Shown here one piece after another: positions 1 to 8,117 of a stretch of 32,000 nt of DNA. Both the position numbers and the translations under genes were made by a program. How positions within the stretch are numbered: position 1 is the stretch's first letter; each line of letters starts with the position of its first letter. The notes below the pieces were generated by a model, which was not told the origin of the DNA, ran no database searches, and saw only the letters and a list, made by a program, of their open reading frames with translations. The DNA comes from an uncultured archaeon (GTDB taxonomy: Archaea; Iainarchaeota; Iainarchaeia; Iainarchaeales; Iainarchaeaceae): the NCBI GenBank assembly GCA_964577555.1, contig CAZNZM010000001.1:117278-149277 (forward strand), in the 5' to 3' direction.

Positions 1-596
1 AATCAAAACAAGTTGGATCGGAAAAAATAGTTTATTTGGCAAACAAAAATTCAGGAAATTTTGAAATAGGGGAAAAAATAATATTCAACGTCAAAGCTGA
101 ATATGAAAACACAGAACCGGTAATAACTGATAATATTTACGCGGAAATAAAATCAAAGCCGATACAGCTAAAAGCAATAGATAAAGGATTATATGAGGGC
201 GAATACTTAGTAGGCGAAAAAGATGAAGGAACACTGCCTGTAAAAATATATTTAGACGACGGCTATGGCAACCTCGTTGAAGAAAAATTTGAATTAACAA
301 TAACCGGAATTACATTAACAAGTTGGCTCCTTCAAAACAGTTTATTAGTAGCAATATTAGGAACAATTGCATTAATTTTGATTTGGCACGGATTTTTGTT
401 TATTGAACACAAAAACAAAATAAACGAACTAAAAAAAAGAGAAGCTGAAATAATTACGGAAATAAAAAACCTTCAAACAGAATATTTCATAAATGGAAAA
501 ATAGACAAAAACGTTTATACAAAAAAAATGACTCATTTGGAACCGGAATTAAAAAAAATAAGGCAAGAAATAAGTGCTGCACAAAAAAACGGATAA
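1..596 (+). CDS. Partial (5' truncated) membrane-anchored protein: beta-rich/Ig-like extracytoplasmic part, one TM helix, cytoplasmic coiled-coil tail
   Basis: Frame is open to the window edge (SKQVGSEKIVYLANK... upstream of the TTG at 36). Hydrophobic segment TSWLLQNSLLVAILGTIALILIWHGFLF followed by charged coil KINELKKREAEIITEIKNLQ. Confidence 0.7.
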   Translation, partial: SKQVGSEKIVYLANKNSGNFEIGEKIIFNVKAEYENTEPVITDNIYAEIKSKPIQLKAIDKGLYEGEYLVGEKDEGTLPVKIYLDDGYGNLVEEKFELTITGITLTSWLLQNSLLVAILGTIALILIWHGFLFIEHKNKINELKKREAEIITEIKNLQTEYFINGKIDKNVYTKKMTHLEPELKKIRQEISAAQKNG

Positions 597-690
597 AAAT
601 ACCAAAAGACAAAGAGCGATATGTTTTTTAGCGGTAATAACTACGTTATTTGGAAACAATAAATGCCTTAATCGACTCTATGGTGTAAAA

Positions 691-3000
691 ATGGATGAAA
701 ATAAAAGCAAAAACGAGCCACAAGAAAAAAAGCCGATTTTAGCCATATTCTCAAAATTGATTGGCACTGAAAAAGAAAAGGAAAAACAAATAGAAAACAA
801 AGAAATACAAACATTTATACCTGAATTGAAAACTGACGGAAAAGGCAAGGTAAACGAAATAATAGTGGAATCGCCTTTAGATGAAAAAAATCCAGTCAAG
901 AAAAACAAAGAAAAAAATAATGTGGAAGAAGAAGGCGGAGACCAAAAAGAAATAAAAGATGCAATTGAAGAAACAAAATTCATAAAAAATACTGCAAAAC
1001 TGCTTGATGAAAAGACTGATAAAAGCAACTATAATGAAACTGAAAAGACCGAATATGAAACAAATGGCAATTCGAAAGTATCTTTGCTAATTCTTGAAAA
1101 CCGAAATTACGATAAGGGGATTTCAATACTTTTAAAAAAAATGGCTTATGATTATGAAAAAAACATGTACGTTGCACTAAACGAAACCATAGAAGAAATG
1201 GAAAACAGGTTTTATGAAGAAAAAATAGAGAAAAAAAAATTTGTTATAATAGATACTCTGACTTTAGGATCAAAAAACGTCAATCAAAAAAAATATGAAA
1301 ATTGCATTTTTGTAGCAAGCCCTAATGCACTCATAGAATTAAGTCTTGCAATAATGCAAGGAATAAATAATTGGAAAGCAAAAGCCATTCTTTTTGACTC
1401 GATTTCAACCCTTTTGATATATGAAAACGAAAAAACGGTTTCAAGATTTGTGCGCTCGATAATTGGAAAAATAAGGGCTTCCGGAATAGACGCTTATTTC
1501 ACCGTATTGGCCGGAGATTCAAAAAAAGACGTTATAAAAGAATTGAGACCATTTTTTGACAAAGCAAACAATCTTGAAGAATTTGTTTCAGAGCAATTTC
1601 CCGGATTTGAAATAGAATCAATAAAAAGACAAAAATGGTACGATGAAGATGAAGAATTGGAAAATTATAAAACTGCACGCCTTAATTCGGAACCGGCAAT
1701 ATTCATGGCTGAAATACAGGCTTTGAAAAGAAAAATCAAGGATTCACAAAAAAACAATTTGATGTGGAAAGATTTGAATTATTTAAAAGAAAAATTGGAA
1801 AAGCTGGAAGGCATGAAAGAAAAAATAAACAAAATTGAAGGATTGACAGAAAATGAAAAAAATAAATACAAAGAAATTAGTGCAACTCTTGAAGAAGTAA
1901 AGGAAAAATTAAAAAAAATGGAAACGGTTTCAAAACTTGAAGAAGAAATCAAAGAGGTTTACAGAAAAATAGAGGAAATAGATGAAAAAGCGCAATTGAG
2001 CGCAGAACTGAGAAAAAATATTGAAGCGAAAAAAGAATCGGAATTGAATGAATCAATACAAGAAATGAAAGTCAAACTGAAAAATCTTGAAGGAGTGACA
2101 TCTCTTGAACAAGAAGTAAAAGCATTGAACAACATGGTGCTTGAATTGGAATCAAAACTTCGAAAGGAAACGAAAGAGGAAATTGAAGCGCAAACTGAAG
2201 CAATGAAAGAATTTTCAAGGCAAATTGATGACCTTTCAAAAAGGATTTCCGAAGCGCAAAAAAGCGACAAATACGAAGAAATGGCTCAAAATTTTGGAAA
2301 GGAATTGGAAGCAATAAAAAGCGAAATAGACGAAATGGAAAAAAATAATGCACTTGTAAGGGAAAAAGAACATGAGGAAAAAGAAAAAGTAAAGCAAATG
2401 ATTGATGAAGTGAAAACCAAACTCGCAGGGCTCGAAAAGATAAGCGAAATTGAACAACACATGACTGAATTATACAAAAAAATAGAGGAACACGATGAAA
2501 AGGCGCAACTTGGCGAAGAAATTAAAAAAACAATTGAATCGCAAAAAACAAATGAAATGAAACAAGCAATTGAAGAAATGAAAAAAAATTTTTTGGCACA
2601 GGAAGAAAATATTTCGTTGTTTTCAAAACAAATTGATGCTTTAAGGCAAAAACTTGAAGAAACCCAGGCAACAAACTTGGAAAAAGACGAGTTGGACAGA
2701 AAATTATTAGAACATATTTCTGCAATGGAAAAACACATTTCAAGTTTGGGAAAACGGCTTGAGGCTGCAGAACTTCAAAAAGCTTTGGCAGAAAGCGAAG
2801 ACGAATATAAGAAAATATCAGAAGAAAGGGAGCAAGTTGAAATGGCTTTGAAAAGAATGACTGATGAAGAAGGTTATACTAAGGAAAAGCTTGCCAAACT
2901 TAACAACCAGCTTGAAAAAATTTCGGAAATTGAAAAGGAAATCAACGAAAAAAGAAAGGAAATGCAAGAAAGACTCAAAAAACTTAAACAAGACGAATGA
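691..3000 (+). CDS. KaiC/RecA-fold-like protein lacking a P-loop, fused to long coiled-coil region
   Basis: ATG at 691 is a more plausible start than the GTG at 574. SLLILENRNYDKGISILLKKMAYDYEKNMYVALNET aligns with KaiC 'LVVLSGDPGSGKTVLCWQYLYY..AVYISLEET'; Walker-B-like KAILFDSISTLLIY; then ~500 aa of E/K/L heptads. Confidence 0.75.
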   Translation: MDENKSKNEPQEKKPILAIFSKLIGTEKEKEKQIENKEIQTFIPELKTDGKGKVNEIIVESPLDEKNPVKKNKEKNNVEEEGGDQKEIKDAIEETKFIKNTAKLLDEKTDKSNYNETEKTEYETNGNSKVSLLILENRNYDKGISILLKKMAYDYEKNMYVALNETIEEMENRFYEEKIEKKKFVIIDTLTLGSKNVNQKKYENCIFVASPNALIELSLAIMQGINNWKAKAILFDSISTLLIYENEKTVSRFVRSIIGKIRASGIDAYFTVLAGDSKKDVIKELRPFFDKANNLEEFVSEQFPGFEIESIKRQKWYDEDEELENYKTARLNSEPAIFMAEIQALKRKIKDSQKNNLMWKDLNYLKEKLEKLEGMKEKINKIEGLTENEKNKYKEISATLEEVKEKLKKMETVSKLEEEIKEVYRKIEEIDEKAQLSAELRKNIEAKKESELNESIQEMKVKLKNLEGVTSLEQEVKALNNMVLELESKLRKETKEEIEAQTEAMKEFSRQIDDLSKRISEAQKSDKYEEMAQNFGKELEAIKSEIDEMEKNNALVREKEHEEKEKVKQMIDEVKTKLAGLEKISEIEQHMTELYKKIEEHDEKAQLGEEIKKTIESQKTNEMKQAIEEMKKNFLAQEENISLFSKQIDALRQKLEETQATNLEKDELDRKLLEHISAMEKHISSLGKRLEAAELQKALAESEDEYKKISEEREQVEMALKRMTDEEGYTKEKLAKLNNQLEKISEIEKEINEKRKEMQERLKKLKQDE

Positions 3001-3365
3001 AACAAAAACAAATCAAAAATTAAAAAATTGTCAAAAAAATGGTTGGCAAAATAAATTCAAAAAAAAACTGGCTCAAAAAAAAACAAGCCACAAAAAAAAT
3101 AGCTCACAAAAAAAACAACCAACAAAAAAAATAACAAAAAAAAACGGCTGATAAAAAAAAATCTTTACAAAAAAAAAACAAAAATTGTCTAAAAAAAAGG
3201 CTCACAAAAAAAATTAAAAAAAGTTCAAAAAAAAATCATGAAAAAAAATTGTCAAAAAAAACTGGCTCAAAAAAAAACAAAATTGGCTCGCAAAAAAAAA
3301 CCAAGCCACAAAAAAAATAGCTCACAAAAAAACAAATTAAAAAAAACGACTTAAAAAAATGTCAA
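3001..3365. repeat. Low-complexity poly-A island A with recurring GGCTC(G/A)C words
   Basis: Runs of 6-9 A separated by short words such as tggctca, ggctcgc, aagccac, agctcac; nearly G/T free otherwise. Confidence 0.85.
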
Positions 3366-3371
3366 AAAAAA

Positions 3372-4433
3372 TCAATCCTCGTAGAAAAATTCCTGATCTG
3401 CGTAAATTTCAAACCCTTTTGATGTTATTTTATATGGAACAAGCCTCTTTGAGTGCCCAGTGCCACGCATTTTTATTATTTCCAAAACATTTTCCCGCCT
3501 ATTGTGAGTTTTGAGGCTGTAAAGTGCTACAAGGCTGTCAGCAAGCAATTCATGCATGCCTGTCAAATGATAATTTCCTGGAACCCTTGCAGTTTCATCT
3601 ATTATTATATTCAAGGCACCAAAACTTGAAATTGTTTCAAAAAGTTTAGAAGTGTATTGCCTGAAACCGTTTGTATTTTCTGCAAATGCTAAAGAGAGAG
3701 AAGAAAGGCTGTCAAAAACCAACCTGTCAGGCTTGAAAGGCAAATCAAAAAGAAATGGCAATTTAAATTGTTCAGGCGGAATATAAAGGTCGCCTTTTTC
3801 GCTTGTTAAATTGGCTTCCATTGCCCTTACTATGGCAAGCGGGTCTATTTTGTGCATGGAAATAAAACCTTTGTTTTCAAGAGAAACCAAATCCCAACCA
3901 AAAGAAGCAGCCATATTTTCTTTGACCTTTTCAGGAGACTCTTCAAGCGAAATATAAATACATTTTTCACCTTTTACTTTCGCAGCAGTATAAATTGATT
4001 GTATTGCAAATGTTGTTTTTCCGGTTCCTGAACTTCCAGAAAGCAACATGATGTCGCCACGTTTCAAACCTCCTTTTTCTATCAATCTGTCAAAATCACT
4101 GACAAAAACAGGAGAAATTTTTCTGAATTCGGAAAGACCTATGCGATTGTATGGTTTTGACAGAGAAACGCCTATTTCTTGAGACTGGGTTCCGTAAATA
4201 GAACCTTGCGTGTTGGCTGATGAAATAGATTCTTTCTCTACAACACCTTCTGGCAGCTCCATTTTTTTGCTCTCTGGTGAATTTGCCAGGTTTTTTGCTT
4301 CTTCAACAATTGACTTGGCTTCTTCATAAGAAAGCCCCACTTCTGTCATGCTTTTTATGGCCTCATCTTCGGAGGTTCCTGATTGAAGAAGCCTTTTAGT
4401 GGCATCCACAAGCCTGGCTTTGTTTTCCACCAT
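3372..4433 (-). CDS. KaiC/RAD55-family ATPase with N-terminal helical UBA-like extension
   Basis: Walker A GSSGTGKTTFAIQ, ISLEESPEKVKENM, Walker B DRLVFDSLSSLSL; N-term SEDEAIKSMTEVGLSYEEAKSIVEEAK. Confidence 0.88.
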   Translation of the reverse strand: MVENKARLVDATKRLLQSGTSEDEAIKSMTEVGLSYEEAKSIVEEAKNLANSPESKKMELPEGVVEKESISSANTQGSIYGTQSQEIGVSLSKPYNRIGLSEFRKISPVFVSDFDRLIEKGGLKRGDIMLLSGSSGTGKTTFAIQSIYTAAKVKGEKCIYISLEESPEKVKENMAASFGWDLVSLENKGFISMHKIDPLAIVRAMEANLTSEKGDLYIPPEQFKLPFLFDLPFKPDRLVFDSLSSLSLAFAENTNGFRQYTSKLFETISSFGALNIIIDETARVPGNYHLTGMHELLADSLVALYSLKTHNRRENVLEIIKMRGTGHSKRLVPYKITSKGFEIYADQEFFYED

Positions 4434-4515
4434 TAAATACCACTCATGTTTAATAAAACATTCAAATTACTAAACAATAAGTATAATTAACCGATATAAA
4501 TGTCTTTAGATACAT

Positions 4516-5247
4516 ATGCACGAACACGAAACCGCAAAAACAAGTGAAAGAGTGGAATTTGAAAGAGTAAAAACCGGGGTTCAAGGCTTGGATGAAATGA
4601 TGGGGGGCGGCATACCGAAAGGGAATTTGGTTGTATTGAGTGGTGACCCAGGTAGCGGCAAAACAGTTCTTTGCTGGCAATACTTGTATTACGGCATCAC
4701 CCAATTCAATGAAAACGCAGTGTATATTTCATTGGAAGAAACTGAAGAAACCATATTTGAAGGTGCAAAAGAATTTGGTTGGGACTTAAAAAAGCTGGTT
4801 GATGAAGGAAAATTATCAATAATAACTATAGAATTGTACGACTTCGAAAGGCTCAAAGCCGCAATTGAAGACAATGTCAAGGCAAGAAAAGCAAAAAGAG
4901 TTGTTATTGATCCGGGAGTCATATTCAGATTGTTTTTTGAAAGAGAATTGGATGCAAGAAAAAGAATAGTTTCCCTTGGAAAAATGCTTAAAACGCTTGG
5001 CGTGACTACAATAATAACAAACGAATTGACTTTGGAAAAAGAATCTTCACTTTATGGTTTGGAAGAATACGTTGCTGACGGAGTAATACTTTTATTTCAT
5101 ACAAGAATAAAAAACAGGTTCGTAAGAAGCATAGCAGTGCTAAAAATGAGGAATACTGAAATAACAGAAAGTCTAAAACCGGTAAAAATTGACAACAACG
5201 GAATAAAAGTGCTTTCAAGAGCCGAACTTTTTGACGAGGTGGATTAA
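4516..5247 (+). CDS. KaiC-like (single-domain) ATPase
   Basis: VQGLDEMMGGGIPKGNLVVLSGDPGSGKTVLCWQYLYYG, YISLEETEE, RVVIDPG; TATA-like gatataaat about 20 nt upstream suggests leaderless start. Confidence 0.9.
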   Translation: MHEHETAKTSERVEFERVKTGVQGLDEMMGGGIPKGNLVVLSGDPGSGKTVLCWQYLYYGITQFNENAVYISLEETEETIFEGAKEFGWDLKKLVDEGKLSIITIELYDFERLKAAIEDNVKARKAKRVVIDPGVIFRLFFERELDARKRIVSLGKMLKTLGVTTIITNELTLEKESSLYGLEEYVADGVILLFHTRIKNRFVRSIAVLKMRNTEITESLKPVKIDNNGIKVLSRAELFDEVD

Positions 5248-5840
5248 TGGCAGACGAATGGAGTGAAGAAAAAATAATTGCTGCTCTTGACAAGAACAAG
5301 CAAATAGAAGCAAAAGCAATGGAAATCTTAAAAGAATTCAAATCATCGTTCAGCATACTTTTAATTTTGAAACCAGAATCGTACAAACCAATAAAAAATT
5401 CTTTTTTAAATGCCGCAAATACTAAATGGGAGAAAACAATATTTGTAAGCATTAATGAAACTGCTGAAAAAATTTTGGAAAAAACGGACAAAAAATCGCA
5501 AAAAAAAATTTTTGTAATTGATATGTTTTCAGGCAAAAGTTCTTCAAACGAAAATTATGCAAAATTGGATTCCGCAACACAACTTGCAGAATGCCTTGAG
5601 CTAATAGAAAACAACTTATCAAAAAACAATGAAAAACAAAATTATGTAATAATAATTGATTCAATATCGTCATTATTGCTCTACAATAACGCGGAAGCGG
5701 TAAAAAAATTCTTGCATTTAATGATTTCAAAAAGCCAAAGTTTAAAGGTTTCGGTGATTCTTTTTGGAATAGACGAAAAGGATTATGATGGTTTTTATAA
5801 AATAGTCAGCCAATTTGTTGATTCAACTGTTGTAATTTAA
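5247..5840 (+). CDS. KaiC-like paralogue without P-loop (predicted non-catalytic)
   Basis: TAATG stop/start overlap with the upstream KaiC. FSILLILKPESYKPIKNSFLNAANTKWEKTIFVSINET in the P-loop region; VIIIDSISSLLLYNN Walker-B-like. Confidence 0.75.
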   Translation: MADEWSEEKIIAALDKNKQIEAKAMEILKEFKSSFSILLILKPESYKPIKNSFLNAANTKWEKTIFVSINETAEKILEKTDKKSQKKIFVIDMFSGKSSSNENYAKLDSATQLAECLELIENNLSKNNEKQNYVIIIDSISSLLLYNNAEAVKKFLHLMISKSQSLKVSVILFGIDEKDYDGFYKIVSQFVDSTVVI

Positions 5841-5916
5841 CATTGGCACTTAAGCATGAGCAAATTTAAAAAAACAATCAAGCAAAGCATAAAGAATAGT
5901 CACAAAAGGCAAAAAT

Positions 5917-7305
5917 ATGAATGCATATGAAAAACTTTCCGAGCTTTCAGAAAAAGTCAAAGCACTGGACGATTTTGTTGTAGTGCATCATTATGATGCG
6001 GACGGTTGCAGTGCAGGAGCAATAATGTTCAAGGCTTTATCAAGGCTTGGAAAATCAGTAAAAAAAATTTGGATAAAACAACTTTACAAAGAAACAATAA
6101 ACGAAATAAAAGGACTTGGCAAAAATTATGTTTTTGTGGATTTTGGGTCCGGACAATTGTCATATCTTAAGGAAGAATTCGGAGAAAATTTGTTTGTATT
6201 TGACCATCATGAACGCACAAATGTGCAACACCCTAACCATTTCTCGCCGTTTGATTATGGAATTAATGGCGGAAATGAAATAAGCGCTTCAGGAATATCT
6301 TACTTGTTTGCAGAAACACTGGATAAAAAAAATATAGATCTAATACAACTAGCAATTGTTGGGGCTGTTGGCGACGTTCAGGATTTCAAAGGAAAATTAA
6401 TAGGCTTGAATAGTGAACTAGCAAAGAAAGGAGTAAATGCAGGAATTGTAAAAATAGAAAACGACCTAAAATTGTACGGCAGAATAACAAGACCTTTGAT
6501 TCAATTCCTTGAATTCAGTACCTCGCCAATAATTCCTGAAATAACGGCAAACCAGGAAAACGCAAGAAAGTTTTTACAGGAAAACGGAATAGAACTTAAA
6601 GACGGGGACAGATGGAGAACTTATTCGGATTTGAGCTTTGAAGAAAAAAAAGAATTGGCAACAGCTTTAATATTGCATTTGCAAAAACATAACTTGCCAG
6701 AATGGAAAATATCCGAATTGTTCGGCGAAGTATATCTTTTTCCAAGCGAAGACAAAAAAAGCCCGCTTTACGAGGCAAAAGAATTTTCAACTCTTTGCAA
6801 TGCCTGCGGAAGGCATGGAATGGCTGACATTGCAATAGAAGTATGCTTGGGCGACAGAGGGAGCAATTATTCCATGGCGATTGACTTGATGGCTGAACAT
6901 AGAAGACAATTAAGGGAAGGGATAGACTTTGTTGCAAAAAACGGAATTTCGGAAGAAAAAGAATTTTATTGGTTTGACGCTGGTGAAAAAATTTCTGAGT
7001 CAATCATTGGAATAGTTGCTGGAATGCTTTATGGCTCGGGAATTATTGAAACAAGAAAACCTATTATTGCAATAGCGCATAATAAAGACGGGTATTTAAA
7101 AATTAGCGGCAGGGCTACAAACGAACTAGTTGGAATGGGTTTAAACCTTGGAATAGCATTCAGAAAAAGTTGTGAAAAACTAGGAGAAGGGAACGAAGGA
7201 GGGGGGCACGCAATAGCCGCCGGTTTGAAAATAAAAAAAGAAAAACTCAACGAATTTCTACAAAACCTTAACGAAATAATAAGCGAACAATACACAAAGA
7301 GCTGA
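5917..7305 (+). CDS. DHH-family phosphoesterase, archaeal RecJ-like nuclease
   Basis: VVVHHYDADGCSAG (DHD-type motif), YVFVDFGSG, FVFDHHER, C-terminal GEGNEGGGHAIAAGLKI (DHHA1). Confidence 0.9.
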   Translation: MNAYEKLSELSEKVKALDDFVVVHHYDADGCSAGAIMFKALSRLGKSVKKIWIKQLYKETINEIKGLGKNYVFVDFGSGQLSYLKEEFGENLFVFDHHERTNVQHPNHFSPFDYGINGGNEISASGISYLFAETLDKKNIDLIQLAIVGAVGDVQDFKGKLIGLNSELAKKGVNAGIVKIENDLKLYGRITRPLIQFLEFSTSPIIPEITANQENARKFLQENGIELKDGDRWRTYSDLSFEEKKELATALILHLQKHNLPEWKISELFGEVYLFPSEDKKSPLYEAKEFSTLCNACGRHGMADIAIEVCLGDRGSNYSMAIDLMAEHRRQLREGIDFVAKNGISEEKEFYWFDAGEKISESIIGIVAGMLYGSGIIETRKPIIAIAHNKDGYLKISGRATNELVGMGLNLGIAFRKSCEKLGEGNEGGGHAIAAGLKIKKEKLNEFLQNLNEIISEQYTKS

Positions 7306-7579
7306 ATTGCAACAACTTGCAGTTAAAGTTTCAGGCGAATCCCAAATAAAGATAATGCTAATGCAGATAAATTATCACGTCAAAAAGCAACTTATCAGCG
7401 ATTCATTTTTACAATAATGGAAGCCAGACAACAAGGCTTCGGTCAAATCCTCATGAAGAAATGAATATGAAATTGTCATCACATTTTCAGTAGTTGGAAA
7501 TTGACTATGGTTAAATCAAAAATAATTTGACTGGAAAAGACAATAAATATTATATAACCAAAAGTCGTTATTAATAAAC

Positions 7580-8104
7580 ATGCAAAAAAATGAAAAAAAA
7601 CTGGCACTAATCTGTGTTTTGTTGGTTTTGTCGGCATTGGTTACTTTGGCTTTGGAAACTTTGCCAAACTTGGACAATTATTTTGACAACAACAACCATT
7701 TAAAAAAAGAAATTCTTTCTACAATAAACGAACAAACAAGCAAAGTTCCAAATGAATTGATTTTAATTTTCGCCAACAAAAAAATCAACGTCTACATAAC
7801 CTCGGATGAGGGTTTGGTGAAAGAATTTTATGCCAAGACTAACAACAAAACTTTTGACGAAATTTCAAAAGGTGCCAGAATGGACGCTGATTTGGAAGTT
7901 AGGTTGAACGAAGCAACTCTTTTAAAAATTTATAATTCTAAAGAGCCGATTAGCGAATTAGTCAAGTCTATTTCATCTGGCGAAATAAAGTATAATGGCA
8001 TAACTAACGAAGGCAAAATCAACAGCACTACAATAAATATTGTGGCTGGTTTATTGTCATTCATTGACGAGATCAAAAATTTTATTTTTGGGTTTTTCAA
8101 ATAA
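7580..8104 (+). CDS. Hypothetical protein with N-terminal TM/signal anchor
   Basis: ORF with KKLALICVLLVLSALVTLAL N-terminus; TATA-like attatataa about 25 nt upstream of the ATG (leaderless spacing). Confidence 0.6.
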   Translation: MQKNEKKLALICVLLVLSALVTLALETLPNLDNYFDNNNHLKKEILSTINEQTSKVPNELILIFANKKINVYITSDEGLVKEFYAKTNNKTFDEISKGARMDADLEVRLNEATLLKIYNSKEPISELVKSISSGEIKYNGITNEGKINSTTINIVAGLLSFIDEIKNFIFGFFK

Positions 8105-8117
8105 ACTTAATTGAAAA

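Noticed and set aside
3001-3365. CRISPR-like array interpretation of the A-rich islands
   Set aside because: No constant repeat length or unique spacers; words recur irregularly and unit spacing varies.
7417-7464. 15-codon ORF MEARQQGFGQILMKK and hairpin GAAGCC/GGCTTC in the 7.3-7.6 kb gap
   Set aside because: Too short, no SD or promoter evidence, stem only 6 bp; likely chance.
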